A stretch of 64,000 nucleotides of DNA from an uncultured Gemmatimonadales bacterium (GCA_963741945.1 CAVUKA010000005.1:320001-384000), one strand, 5' to 3'; positions 47,361 to 57,644 are shown, counted from the stretch's first letter. Numbers and translations: made by a program. Notes: generated by a model not told the origin, from the sequence alone.

Positions 47361-48614
47361 ATGTCGCAGCACCCCGACGCGAGCTTCCCCGGCGCAGGTC
47401 CTGGTGGCGCCCGCATCCTGCTCGTGGACGACGAGCGGTCCAACCTCCGGTTCCTGCACGATGTGCTCGAGCCGCAAGGGTTCGGCACCATCGTGGAGCA
47501 CACGGACGCCGGTGAGGCGGCCGCCCGGCTGGGTGAGATCCGGCCGGATCTCGTCATCCTCGACCTCATGATGCCGGGAGTGGATGGGTTCCAGTTCATG
47601 GAGATCTTCCGGAACTGGATCCCGCGCGGCGACTACGTGCCGGTTCTCGTGGCCACCGGCGACCCGGCGGTGGGTACGAGGCGGCGCGCGCTGACCGCCG
47701 GCGCCTCCGATTTCCTGACCAAGCCGCTGAGTCCGGCCGAAGTGCGGCTCCGGGTACGCAACCTCCTCCGAACGCGGTTCCTGCACGCCCAGCTGCGCGA
47801 CCACAACGCCACGCTGGAAGAGCGGGTCCACGAGCGGACGCGGGAGCTCTACCATGCGCACCAGGAGGCCCTGGACCGCCTCGCCCAGGCCGCGGAGTTC
47901 CGCGACGACGACACCGGCCGCCACACGGAGCGCGTGGGTCGTCTTTCGGCCCGGCTGGCGCAGCTGATCGGCTTCCCGGACGACCAGGTGGCCCTCCTCG
48001 GAAGAGCGGCGCCGCTCCACGACATCGGCAAGATCGGCATCCCCGACTCCATCCTGCTGAAGGAAGGGCGCCTGACGGAAGCCGAGCAGACGCTCATGCG
48101 GACGCACACCACCATGGGCGCGCAGATCCTGTCCGGCAGCCAGTACCCGCTACTGCGCCTGGCGGAGGAGATCGCGCTCTGTCACCACGAGCGCTGGGAC
48201 GGCGCCGGCTATCCGGCGGGGCTGGAAGGGGAGCAGATCCCGCCGCTCAGCCGGATCGTGGCGGTGGCCGACGTGTTCGATTCCCTGACGCACGAGCGCC
48301 CGTACAAGCGCGCGTGGACGGCCGCGGAAGCGCTGGCGACGATCCGCGGGGATTCCGGGCGGCACTTCGAGCCCCGGGTGGTGGAGGCATTGCTGGCGGT
48401 GGTGCCCGCGGAGGACGCCGCGCAGGAATCCGGTGCGGGGGAAGCCGCGTTGGAGCGGAGCTCCGCGCGCATGCGCCCGTCGCCGGAGCGGGAGCTCGAG
48501 CTGCTCCTGCAGGAACGGCGCAGCCTGGATGAGCGAATCCGACGACTCGACCGCGCGACGGGGCGCGGCGTCCGGCTCGCCGGCGCCGGCGCGGGCGCGG
48601 GAGGCGCCGCGTGA
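47361..48614 (+). CDS. Response regulator with HD-GYP phosphodiesterase domain (RpfG-like)
   Basis: REC domain LLVDD, ILDLMMP, KP; HDIGK; HHERWDGAGYP; RPYK. Confidence 0.93.
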   Translation: MSQHPDASFPGAGPGGARILLVDDERSNLRFLHDVLEPQGFGTIVEHTDAGEAAARLGEIRPDLVILDLMMPGVDGFQFMEIFRNWIPRGDYVPVLVATGDPAVGTRRRALTAGASDFLTKPLSPAEVRLRVRNLLRTRFLHAQLRDHNATLEERVHERTRELYHAHQEALDRLAQAAEFRDDDTGRHTERVGRLSARLAQLIGFPDDQVALLGRAAPLHDIGKIGIPDSILLKEGRLTEAEQTLMRTHTTMGAQILSGSQYPLLRLAEEIALCHHERWDGAGYPAGLEGEQIPPLSRIVAVADVFDSLTHERPYKRAWTAAEALATIRGDSGRHFEPRVVEALLAVVPAEDAAQESGAGEAALERSSARMRPSPERELELLLQERRSLDERIRRLDRATGRGVRLAGAGAGAGGAA

Positions 48615-50182
48615 GGCTGCGCAGCCGGTTGTTCCTCAGTCTCCTGGCGCTCACTGCGCTCATGACCATCCCGGCCGTCTACGCCGTCGGACGTGTCCAC
48701 ACGCTGCGGTCGCTCGTTCACGAAATTCGCACCGACGGGGCGCGGGCGGCGAACGGTGTGGGCCTGCTCCGCCGGGGAGTGTCGGAGCTGGACCGTCTGG
48801 AGCGCGCGTACGTGGCCACTGCCGACCCGGATATCGGGGCGGACGTGGACCGGACGGTGTCGCACATCGCGGGGCAGGCGGAGGCGCTGCGCAGGCTGGG
48901 ATACGGGGAGGCCCTCGTGGCCAGCGGGCTCCCGCTCCCGGCGCTGGGCAACGCGGCCGACTCGGTTCGGGCGCTGGTGGACGCCGGGGCGCTCGAGGAA
49001 GCCACCACTTACCTGGGGGGCACCGCTCTCCCGTTGCTGCGCCGGGCCGATGTCGCCGTGGCCAACCTGTCGGGCGCCCTCGACCGCAGGACCGAAGCGG
49101 CCGTGGAACGGGCGGACGCATCGGCGAGCGCCGCAGCGCTCACCACCGTGGTGGCGATGCTGGCCGCCCTTCTCCTGACGGCGGCGCTCTCCTGGATGGC
49201 GGCGAGGCGGCTGAGCCGGCCGCTCGAACGGCTGCGCTGCGCGCTGCTCGATGTGGGGAACGGGCGCTTCGACCCGCCCGCCGACCCGGGCTACGACCGG
49301 TCGGACGAAGTGGGCGATCTCTTCCGCTCGTTCCGCTCCATGGCCACCCGGCTGACGGAGCTGGACCGCACCAAGGCCGAGATCGTGGGCGACGCGAGCC
49401 ACGACCTGAAGACCCCGGTCGCCATCATCGCCGGCTACGCCGAGCTCCTGGAAGAGGAGCTGCACGGGCGCCTGGACGCCCGCGAGGAGCGGATCCTGGG
49501 GAATCTGCTGGAACAGGCGCGCGCGCTCGGTGCGAGGGCGGACCACCTCCTGGCCGTGAGCCGGATGGAGTCGCGGGGGCTCCGACCGGGCGTCGAGGAG
49601 ATCCGACTCCGGCATTTCGCCGGCGGTGTCGCACGCCAGCTCGCCGCTGTCGGCCAGCGGGCCGGCATCCGGTTCGAGGTGCGCACCGACGAGAGCGCCC
49701 CCACGTTCATCGTGGCCGACCCCGACTCGCTGCGTGACGACATCCTCCGCCACCTCGTCGATGATGCGCTCCATCACACTCCGCCAGGCGGACGTGTGGA
49801 GATCCGGTTCAGCGGGGGGGGCGGCCGGCTCGTCATCGAAGTGGAGGACGACGGCGCGCCGATCGACCCGCAGCGGGCGGCGCACGTTTTCGACCGCTAC
49901 GCCCGGTCCCTGTCCGGCGGCCGCGGGAGCTCCGCGGCGGGTTTCCCCATCGCGCGCGCGGCCGTCGAAGCGCATGGCGGCGCCATCGCGGCCTTCTCCG
50001 ATGGCCGCCGCGGCGTACGATTCCGTATCGACCTGCCGCTCCGCCCCCGTGCCCCGATGGCCTCCGCCCGTGACGCCCGGCCCCGGCACCCGGGGGGCAC
50101 CGCCCGCCTGGAGCGCCCCGGCGCCACCAGGCGTCCGGAAGCCGGTGAAAGCGCGCTGGCCGGAGATCCGGCTGGGGCGTAA
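48611..50182 (+). CDS. HAMP-domain sensor histidine kinase with degenerate ATP-binding boxes
   Basis: Two TMs, HAMP (RSDEVGDL), H-box SHDLKTP. N, G1 and G2 boxes are altered. Confidence 0.85.
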   Translation: MRLRSRLFLSLLALTALMTIPAVYAVGRVHTLRSLVHEIRTDGARAANGVGLLRRGVSELDRLERAYVATADPDIGADVDRTVSHIAGQAEALRRLGYGEALVASGLPLPALGNAADSVRALVDAGALEEATTYLGGTALPLLRRADVAVANLSGALDRRTEAAVERADASASAAALTTVVAMLAALLLTAALSWMAARRLSRPLERLRCALLDVGNGRFDPPADPGYDRSDEVGDLFRSFRSMATRLTELDRTKAEIVGDASHDLKTPVAIIAGYAELLEEELHGRLDAREERILGNLLEQARALGARADHLLAVSRMESRGLRPGVEEIRLRHFAGGVARQLAAVGQRAGIRFEVRTDESAPTFIVADPDSLRDDILRHLVDDALHHTPPGGRVEIRFSGGGGRLVIEVEDDGAPIDPQRAAHVFDRYARSLSGGRGSSAAGFPIARAAVEAHGGAIAAFSDGRRGVRFRIDLPLRPRAPMASARDARPRHPGGTARLERPGATRRPEAGESALAGDPAGA

Positions 50183-50227
50183 GATGGCCGGACACACGGT
50201 TCCCTTTTGCCGGAGCACTGCCTCTCC

Positions 50228-51253
50228 ATGCGATTCTTCCCGCTCGCCGCCACCATCGGCCTGGCGCTCCTCGGCGCTTCACCCGGCGCCGGACAGCAGC
50301 CGGATCAGGAACCGGTGGACACCGCTTACGTCCCCGGCGATTTCCGCGTATTCACGGGAGCCGGCGAGCCGGCGTCGATCGAGGACATCGTGGCGGCCAT
50401 GGCCGGCGTCGACGTGGTCTTCATCGGCGAGACGCACGACGATCCCACCGGGCACATGCTCGAGGCGAAGCTGCTGGAAGCGGCTTCGGACCGCTACGGC
50501 GATTCGGGCCGCACCGTCGCGCTTTCGCTGGAGTTCTTCGAGCACGACGTCCAGCCCGTGCTGGACGAATACCTGGCCGACCTCATCTCCGAGTCCTCGT
50601 TCGAGGAGGCGAGCCGCCCCTGGCCGCGCTACCGCAGCGACTATCGACCTCTCATCGAGCTCGCCAGGGAGCGCGGCCTCGACGTGATCGCGGCGAACGC
50701 CCCCCGCCGCTATGTCACCCGCGTGTCCCGGCTCGGACGCGACGCGCTGGCCGATCTCCCCGCCAGTGCCCTGGCGTACCTCCCGCCGCTCCCGTACGGC
50801 CAGGCATCCGAGGCGTACAAGCAGCAGTGGATCCAGACCATCGCGGACGTGATGGCGCAGGAAGGGACCAGGTGCGGGGTACCCGTAGCCCATCCGCCGG
50901 CACCCATGGGCTCCCATCGGCAGATGGGCAATCAGCTCGACAGCCAGGTGCTCTGGGATGCCACCATGGCATGGTGGATCTCCCGCTACCTCGACGCGCA
51001 CCCCCACGCCCTCGTTCTCCACATGGTGGGCGGCTTCCACGTCGAGCGGGGCACCGGCATCCCCGAGCAGCTCCAGGCCTACAGCCCCGGGGCCAGCAGC
51101 CTGATCGTGTCGCTCCGCCCCGTGGAGGACGTGGGCACCTTCGAGGCCGCCCCCAGCGGCGAATGGGGCGACTTCGTCATCCAGACCGACCAGTCCCGCA
51201 CACTCGAAGAGATCGAGTGCCGGGAGTTCCGGGCAGAGCACAGCGCCCCGTAG
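50228..51253 (+). CDS. ChaN-family (EreA/ChaN fold) exported protein
   Basis: Signal peptide; FIGETHD, LSLEFF, YRPL, AAN-x-P, Q-x-LWDATMA, G-x-FH. Confidence 0.85.
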   Translation: MRFFPLAATIGLALLGASPGAGQQPDQEPVDTAYVPGDFRVFTGAGEPASIEDIVAAMAGVDVVFIGETHDDPTGHMLEAKLLEAASDRYGDSGRTVALSLEFFEHDVQPVLDEYLADLISESSFEEASRPWPRYRSDYRPLIELARERGLDVIAANAPRRYVTRVSRLGRDALADLPASALAYLPPLPYGQASEAYKQQWIQTIADVMAQEGTRCGVPVAHPPAPMGSHRQMGNQLDSQVLWDATMAWWISRYLDAHPHALVLHMVGGFHVERGTGIPEQLQAYSPGASSLIVSLRPVEDVGTFEAAPSGEWGDFVIQTDQSRTLEEIECREFRAEHSAP

Positions 51254-51329
51254 CCGGGGATCTTGCTCTCCGGAACCACATCGCCTATTTCGAGTCCCAT
51301 CTGCCCGAACCCCCAGAGAGTGGCAGATC

Positions 51330-54300
51330 TTGCCGTATCGTCTCATCACATTGGGAGAGCCCGGGCTGGACCTGGATGGCGAGCGGGTGGAGATCCCGCT
51401 CGGCAAGCCGTTCGCCCTGCTCGTCCACCTCGCGTTCGCGCCTGAGGGGGTGAGTCGCGCCGACCTGGCGCGGCTGCTGTGGGCAGGGTCGGACGCGTCG
51501 CGCGCGCGCCAGTCGGTGCGGCAGGCGCTGTCGCTGCTTCGTCGCCTGCTCGAGCCGGATCTGCTGGTGGGCGAGGACCCGGTTCGCCTGGACGCGTCGC
51601 GCCTGCAGACGGACGTGGCAGAGCTCCGCGCGGCGCTGGCCGCCGACCGCCTCGACCATGCGCTGCTGCTGCGCGGGGGACGCTTTCTCGAAGCATTCAC
51701 GACGGACGAGTCGCGCTTCGAGCGGTGGGCGGAGGACATCCGCAGCGAAGTGGACCGCGAAGTGGCCGATGTCCTGCTCCGCCACGCGGGCGCGGCGGCG
51801 GCGACCGGTGAGCCGGAGCGCGCGCGGACGTTCGCGGAGCTGGCGGTCGAAGTGGCGCCCCACCGGATGGAGGCGCACGAGGCGCGTGTGCTGGCGCTGC
51901 TGATGCTGCGCGACGCCGGGGAAGCGGCGGCCGCGCTCCGTGAGGCCGAGGAGCGGGCGGGCGAGGGGGATGACGAGGTGCTCTCGGATCTCCGGGCGCG
52001 TCTCCAGGCGCTCCGCCGGGCAGCCGCGCAGCCGGGGGAGGACGGTGCGAGGCGGTTCGTGTTCGCCGATCGTCGCCGTGAGCTGGCGCTCCTGACCCGG
52101 GTATGGCGCCGTGCCGCGAGCGGGCAGCGGGAAGTCGCGCTGGTGAAGGGGCCGAAAGGGATCGGGAAGACGCGGCTGGCCCGCGAGCTGGCAACGGTGG
52201 TCGCCGCGTCGGGCGGAGCCGTGATCGGCGCGCAGGGGCTCCCGTCCGACCGGGACATCGAGCTCGGGCTCGTGGCGGAGCTGGTGTCGGCGCTCCTCGC
52301 GCTGCCGGGCGCGGCGGGGACCAGTCCGGCCTCGGACCGGGTGCTGCGGTCGCTCGTGCCCAGCCGCCTGCGCTCCGGCGAGATTGCCCCCCACGGGCTT
52401 CCCGCCCACGTGGCACTGGCGGACGCGTTCGTGGACCTCCTGGGCGCAGTGACGTTCGAGGCGCCGCTGCTCGTGATCGGCGACGACATGCAGTGGGCCG
52501 ACCCCGCCTCCCGCGCGCTTCTCGGCCGCGTCGGGCGCCGCCTGCGGGGTGAGTCGATCATGCTCGCGTATCTCTATCGCGCCGATGGCGCCACGGCCGA
52601 AGACCGCGCGGTCGAGGAGCAGGCCATCAGCGAGCTCGGCGCCGTGGTGGTGACCCTCCGGCCGCTCGCGCTGTCCGACGTGGCGGCCATCCTGAGGACG
52701 TCGGAGCTGGTCCGCCCCCGCCCGGGGCCCGAGGCTTCCGCCGGCGCCGCCCGGGCCGGGGCCTCGCCGGGAGCGCTCGCGGCCGAGGCGGAAACCGTCG
52801 CCCGCCGCATCGACCCCGTGGTCCGGGGCAACCCGCTCTTCCTGCGGCACCTCGTGGAAGACCTGGGTGCCCGCGCGCTGCTGCGCCCGGACGGCTCCAT
52901 CGACCCGGATCGGCTGGCGGATCCGCCGCCACTCCCGGCGCCCGTGGCGGCGGAGCTGCGCCGTCGCCTGGGAGCGCTGCAGCCCGAGGCGATGGCGGTG
53001 GCGGAAGCGATGGCCCGCGTGGCGGCGCCGATCCCCGCGCCGCGGCTGCGCCGATCCACCACGCTGGGGGCGCACGCATTCGACCGCGCGGTCGCGGAGC
53101 TCGCCGAGGCCGGTCTGGCGCGCTGGGAGGGGGAGGACACGCTGGTGTTCGTCCACCCGGAGCTCCGTCGGATGGCGATGCAGCCCGGGCGGGTGGCGGA
53201 GGCGGAGAATCGACTTCCGTCCTGGCCCCGGCTCGTGCTGAGCGCGGGCGCGCTGGCCATCCTGGTCCTGCTCATCGGCGGCTACGCGCTGGGGGTGTTC
53301 CCCGACCGGCCGCCGCCCTACGGCGGGGGCGCGCTGTTCATCCGCCAGCCCGATGGCTGGGTGCGCATGAACGTGGACACCCGCGATCCGGGCCGATGGC
53401 GCACCCGTGCCCTCGGGGACTCCGTCCCTTCCGGCGACTTCGTTCCCCATCGGGCGCCGGACGGGTCGCTGCTGTGGTCCGGCCACCTGGAGCGCGAGGA
53501 CCGTGGTCCCGACATCGTGGTCCTCAACGGCGCGCGTGACACGCTCGTGGAGCTGCGGAGCCGTGGCGACCTGTACCTGGGGGCCATTTCGCCCGACGCC
53601 GAGTGGCTCGCCTACACGCGGGAGGACACCGCATCCGGGGAGTACCGCGAAGACGAGGTCATCACTCGCCTGGACGGCCGGGAGACGCGGGTCCTCTACT
53701 CCGCCCGCGGCCTGGCCACCACGCCCCGATGGTCCCCCGACGGTCAGTTGCTCGCGTTCACCGCCCAGGGGCAGGACGACACGTTGCGAATGGTGACCCC
53801 CCACGGAGACACCGTGGCGAAATGGATCACACCGCCCCTCTCCCACATGGAGTGGTGCGGCGCCCGACTCGCCGCCTCGGTCACCCGCGCGGACACGCCC
53901 CGCATCGCACTGTTCCATCCAGGGCAGCCGGAGCCTCGCCTGTTCGAAGAGATCGGATTCGGCCCCATCGCCTGCTCGCCTGACGGCACCGCCATGATCC
54001 ACAGCGGCGTGCGTTCGGGCCGCCGCGTGCTGGTGCTCCGGGATCTGCGCTCCGGCGAGACGCGTCCGCTGCCACTGCACCTGGACCAGGCGGCAGACCG
54101 GATCTCCTGGCTGCCGCCCCATCCTGCACCGATCCCGGTGGCCCTCGACGCCGGCGCGGCTCCACTCGAGCTGGAATGGGGCGAGCGGCGCCCGCTCGTC
54201 GCCAGCCTCGTCTACTCGAACGGGATGCGGAAGGCGGCGGACTCCGTGCGCTGGACCACCGGGAAACCGGGGGTGGCTTCCGTGTTCGATGGAGACCGGA

Positions 54301-55022
54301 TCACGGCGAACGCACCGGGCGCCACCGTGCTCACGGCGGAATGGGGGTGGTCCCTGAGCGACACGCGGAGAATCCGGGTGAGCGGCGACCGGCCGCGGGC
54401 GGCCCGTGTGGCGGACGCGTTCGCCACCCTCGACACCACGCGCTGGATTCCCGTGGGCTGGCCGCGGCCCGAGGTCGAGCCACTCGACGGCCACCCGGCG
54501 CTCCACATGAAGGGGGACGCGAAGTACCAGGACGGGCTGGTCCTGCGGCAGCCGGTCCCGGCCGACCACGGGATCACGCTGGAGCTCGAAGCCCGCGTCC
54601 CGCTGACGCGGCGGGACTACCAGGATGTGGACGTGTGCCTGGTGGCCGCGACGCCCGCCGACGTGGATCGCGCGACCGGCGAATGGAATCCGCCGCAGCA
54701 GTCGGTATGCGTGCGATACCCATCGCGCGTCGGGTCGCGGTTCGACCCGACCAGTGTCTGGTTCAGCGTGTGCGACAACCCCGAGATCGAAGCCTTCCTC
54801 GACGAGCCCACGGGGCAGCGCTGGTTCCATCTGGCGCTGGAGCTCCGGCCGGACGGGCAGGCGTCGCTGTGGCTGGACCACCGCAAGCTCCTGACCGCCC
54901 CCGTTCACGTGGCCATCGACCCCGCCCGGCTGTGGACCGTCCGCCTCGCCGCCCGCGCGGTCGGGACGGACATCTACGTGCGCGATCTGGCCCTCTGGAC
55001 CGAGCCCCGGTTCAGCCCGTAG
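51330..55022 (+). CDS. Membrane-spanning regulator: wHTH-BTAD-STAND ATPase-TM-beta-propeller-Ig-ConA-like
   Basis: SARP-like N-terminus, Walker A GPKGIGKT, Walker B LVIGDDMQWAD, GNPLFL, TM at about aa 635-657, three SPD(G/A) repeats, Ig-like and jelly-roll C-terminus. Confidence 0.78.
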   Translation: MPYRLITLGEPGLDLDGERVEIPLGKPFALLVHLAFAPEGVSRADLARLLWAGSDASRARQSVRQALSLLRRLLEPDLLVGEDPVRLDASRLQTDVAELRAALAADRLDHALLLRGGRFLEAFTTDESRFERWAEDIRSEVDREVADVLLRHAGAAAATGEPERARTFAELAVEVAPHRMEAHEARVLALLMLRDAGEAAAALREAEERAGEGDDEVLSDLRARLQALRRAAAQPGEDGARRFVFADRRRELALLTRVWRRAASGQREVALVKGPKGIGKTRLARELATVVAASGGAVIGAQGLPSDRDIELGLVAELVSALLALPGAAGTSPASDRVLRSLVPSRLRSGEIAPHGLPAHVALADAFVDLLGAVTFEAPLLVIGDDMQWADPASRALLGRVGRRLRGESIMLAYLYRADGATAEDRAVEEQAISELGAVVVTLRPLALSDVAAILRTSELVRPRPGPEASAGAARAGASPGALAAEAETVARRIDPVVRGNPLFLRHLVEDLGARALLRPDGSIDPDRLADPPPLPAPVAAELRRRLGALQPEAMAVAEAMARVAAPIPAPRLRRSTTLGAHAFDRAVAELAEAGLARWEGEDTLVFVHPELRRMAMQPGRVAEAENRLPSWPRLVLSAGALAILVLLIGGYALGVFPDRPPPYGGGALFIRQPDGWVRMNVDTRDPGRWRTRALGDSVPSGDFVPHRAPDGSLLWSGHLEREDRGPDIVVLNGARDTLVELRSRGDLYLGAISPDAEWLAYTREDTASGEYREDEVITRLDGRETRVLYSARGLATTPRWSPDGQLLAFTAQGQDDTLRMVTPHGDTVAKWITPPLSHMEWCGARLAASVTRADTPRIALFHPGQPEPRLFEEIGFGPIACSPDGTAMIHSGVRSGRRVLVLRDLRSGETRPLPLHLDQAADRISWLPPHPAPIPVALDAGAAPLELEWGERRPLVASLVYSNGMRKAADSVRWTTGKPGVASVFDGDRITANAPGATVLTAEWGWSLSDTRRIRVSGDRPRAARVADAFATLDTTRWIPVGWPRPEVEPLDGHPALHMKGDAKYQDGLVLRQPVPADHGITLELEARVPLTRRDYQDVDVCLVAATPADVDRATGEWNPPQQSVCVRYPSRVGSRFDPTSVWFSVCDNPEIEAFLDEPTGQRWFHLALELRPDGQASLWLDHRKLLTAPVHVAIDPARLWTVRLAARAVGTDIYVRDLALWTEPRFSP

Positions 55023-55077
55023 CGACGAGGCCCACCTGCCGCTTGCTTCTTCGGCCTCACCAGTGCAGCGTTCGCGG

Positions 55078-55872
55078 ATGCGTGCATTCGTTTCCGCCCT
55101 GGTATGGGGCGCCATTGGACTCCTCGCCCTGCTCTGGCTCCCGCTGCTCACGGCGATCTTCGTGGTCACCGCGCCCTTCGACCGCGGCCGCTACACGGCC
55201 GGCCGGTGGTTCCGGCGGGCGGCCATCGTGGCGGTGAAGCTGATCCCGTTCTGGCAGTTCCGGACGAGCGGAGTGGAGATCAGGGATCCGCGCAGGCCGT
55301 ACGTCGCCGTGGCCAACCACGAGTCCTATGCGGACATCTTCCTGCTGTCGCACCTTCCGTGGGAGATGAAGTGGCTGTCCAAGAAGGCGATTTTCCGGAT
55401 CCCCGTCATGGGTTGGATGATGCGCATGGCGGGCGACATCCCGGTGGCGCGCGGCAGCGTGCGCAGCCGAGCCGGCGCCCTGGACCAGATCCTGGACCGG
55501 CTCGACAAGCGCGTGTCGGTGATGATCCTGCCGGAGGGGACACGCTCGACCACGGACAAGCTGCTCCCGTTCCGGGATGGTGCGTTCCGGGCGGCCATCG
55601 AGAAGCAGGTTCCCGTGCTCCCCATCGCGGTGGCAGGGACGCGGAACGCCATGGCCAAGCACTCCATGCGCTTCAACCGTGCCCGTGCCGTGGCGCGGGT
55701 GCTCGAGCCCGTCCCGACGGACGGGCTGGGCATGGAAGACGTGGCCACGCTCCGGGACAGGGTCCGCGCCATGATCCAGCAGGCGCGCGACGAGCTGCGG
55801 CGCGAGCTCGGGCTGGACGGGCAGGCGGGTGGAAGCGGTGAAGGGCGGACCGATACCGCTCCCGGCAGCTAG
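55078..55872 (+). CDS. plsC: 1-acyl-sn-glycerol-3-phosphate acyltransferase
   Basis: Motifs NHESYAD, PEGTRS, F-x-DGAF, VLPI. Confidence 0.88.
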   Translation: MRAFVSALVWGAIGLLALLWLPLLTAIFVVTAPFDRGRYTAGRWFRRAAIVAVKLIPFWQFRTSGVEIRDPRRPYVAVANHESYADIFLLSHLPWEMKWLSKKAIFRIPVMGWMMRMAGDIPVARGSVRSRAGALDQILDRLDKRVSVMILPEGTRSTTDKLLPFRDGAFRAAIEKQVPVLPIAVAGTRNAMAKHSMRFNRARAVARVLEPVPTDGLGMEDVATLRDRVRAMIQQARDELRRELGLDGQAGGSGEGRTDTAPGS

Positions 55873-56483
55873 CGCTGATTGTCGGAGACGCGCAACGGGA
55901 TGGACCCGGCCGCTTCCGGACGCAGCGGCTCGACCTGGCCGGTTCCCCGGTCGTAGAGCGTCTTGAGCACGCGCAACTCCACCATCTCGGCCACGGCCGG
56001 GCGAAGCTCCAGCGCGTCGGCGTAGAACGCCACCAGCTCCCGGTCCGACGCGTGGTCGCCCGCCAGCCTCACCATGGCGAGGGCGTTGTCCACGTGGATG
56101 TCCAGCACGGACAGCTCCGACCTGGCCGTGTGCTGCTCGACCCATGCGCGCAGCTCCGGGTTGGTGCGCCCGCGCAGGCGACGCAGCAGACGGGCGAGCG
56201 GGGACCGCGGCGGAAGAAGGGGCCCCAGGTCGCCTACGGCATCACCCAGCGCGGACAGCACGCGCCCGTGGAGCTTGCGCGCCTCCTGCCCGCGGATGTG
56301 GTGGAGCCGGGCGTAAGTGGCGATCAGCCGCTGGGCGGGCGCCCGTCCGGCTCCTTCCTCGACCAGCTCCACCGCCGAACGCACGTGCTCGTCGAACACC
56401 TGTTCCGATGCGACCACGGCCGCCACGTGCAGCCGGTCCATGAGATCCGTCGGGATCCGGTTCTTTCGGATGCGCGGACGCAT
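55869..56483 (-). CDS. Hypothetical helical protein with internal duplication
   Basis: Two similar segments, ASEQVFDEHVRSAVELV and RSELSVLDIHVDNALAMV. Confidence 0.65.
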   Translation of the reverse strand: MRPRIRKNRIPTDLMDRLHVAAVVASEQVFDEHVRSAVELVEEGAGRAPAQRLIATYARLHHIRGQEARKLHGRVLSALGDAVGDLGPLLPPRSPLARLLRRLRGRTNPELRAWVEQHTARSELSVLDIHVDNALAMVRLAGDHASDRELVAFYADALELRPAVAEMVELRVLKTLYDRGTGQVEPLRPEAAGSIPLRVSDNQR

Positions 56484-56714
56484 GCTTTCACCTCGCCCGA
56501 GAGAGTGGATCCCGCTCGTACTGCAATAGGCATTCTCTCCGGCGACGATGGGGCCGGCTGCCGCGGAAACCCGAGGTCGCGGACCGGCCCACGCCCTCGT
56601 GCGGCCCCCTGTCCCCGGGCGATCCCACACCCCGTACGCGGGATCACCGCCCGGTACTGTTTTCCCGGATCCGCAACTATGTGCGTCCGTCCGGCAGAGC
56701 GGGGAGATGGCGCT

Positions 56715-57644
56715 TCAGCGGCGGGGGCGCGCCAGGACGAGCGTGGCGCCGGCATCCGAGTCCTGGATCTCGAAGACGTGCGACCGACGGGCGCTCTCGC
56801 CGGTGGCCGGGACCCGGACGGTGACCGTAAGCCGGTACAGCCCTCGCTCCAGGTCGGCGGTCAGCCGGCGCAACTCACGGACCGTTCCACGGGCTTCCGG
56901 CGCGCGCCCCTGAAAGCGGATCCCGCTGCCCGATTCCGCCGGTCCGCCTTCCCCATCCACCGGCTCGAACGAGATCTCGGTCACGTACCGGGCCGACGCC
57001 GGCATGTTGTAGATCTCGTAATAGAGGTCGAGGGAGCTCTCCGGGAAGCGCGCCAGCGGCAGGATGGCGACGGTGTTCCCCTCACGGTCGAGGCCGCCCT
57101 CCGGCTGCGGCTGGCCCAGCGCGATGTCACTGAGCATGAGCTCGCTGCCGCCGTAGTCGGGGATGGGGAAGGAGGCGTCGTAGAGCTGACCGACCCCCAC
57201 GACGTTCGGGTCGGTCATCACCACGCGCTGCACCGTCGTGGCCGAGGGCGGCGCCTGGACGGCCACCTGCGTGTAGAGCAGGTGCTCATCCGGAAGTCTG
57301 GAAGGCGCGGCCACGGACACGGAGTCGTCGGTCCGGAAGACCACCCTCGTTGCGGTGTCGGCGAGGACAAAGGAGACGTTGAAGCGATAGACATCCTCGC
57401 CGCCCACGTCCCTGCGCTCCAGCCAGCGCGTCGCCACGGCGACGGCCGCGACCACCGCAGTCCGGCCATTCTCGCCCCGGAACGTGTACAGGTCGTAGAA
57501 GAACGGGAGCGCGCCGGGCTGGTGGAAGGCGGCCCGCTGCTCCTCGCCCGGAACCTGCCCGGCCACCGGCCGTCCCGCCCCCGCGCCCGCGATCGCCAGC
57601 GAGGCGAGCACCATGACCAGCCGGAATCTGGAGCGGATCATCAT
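56715..57644 (-). CDS. Exported hypothetical protein (resembles C-terminal regions of GWxTD proteins)
   Basis: Signal peptide; LMLSDIAL, LYYEIYN, G-x-Y-x-LTV-x-V. Confidence 0.6.
   Translation of the reverse strand: MMIRSRFRLVMVLASLAIAGAGAGRPVAGQVPGEEQRAAFHQPGALPFFYDLYTFRGENGRTAVVAAVAVATRWLERRDVGGEDVYRFNVSFVLADTATRVVFRTDDSVSVAAPSRLPDEHLLYTQVAVQAPPSATTVQRVVMTDPNVVGVGQLYDASFPIPDYGGSELMLSDIALGQPQPEGGLDREGNTVAILPLARFPESSLDLYYEIYNMPASARYVTEISFEPVDGEGGPAESGSGIRFQGRAPEARGTVRELRRLTADLERGLYRLTVTVRVPATGESARRSHVFEIQDSDAGATLVLARPRR

Noticed and set aside
51285-55169. 1294-aa minus-strand ORF and similar long ORFs (42690-44999, 35131-37152, 45155-47194, 48209-50218, 2958-4922)
   Set aside because: Antisense or alternate-frame shadows of well-supported genes in high-GC DNA; Arg/Pro/Gly-rich with no motifs.
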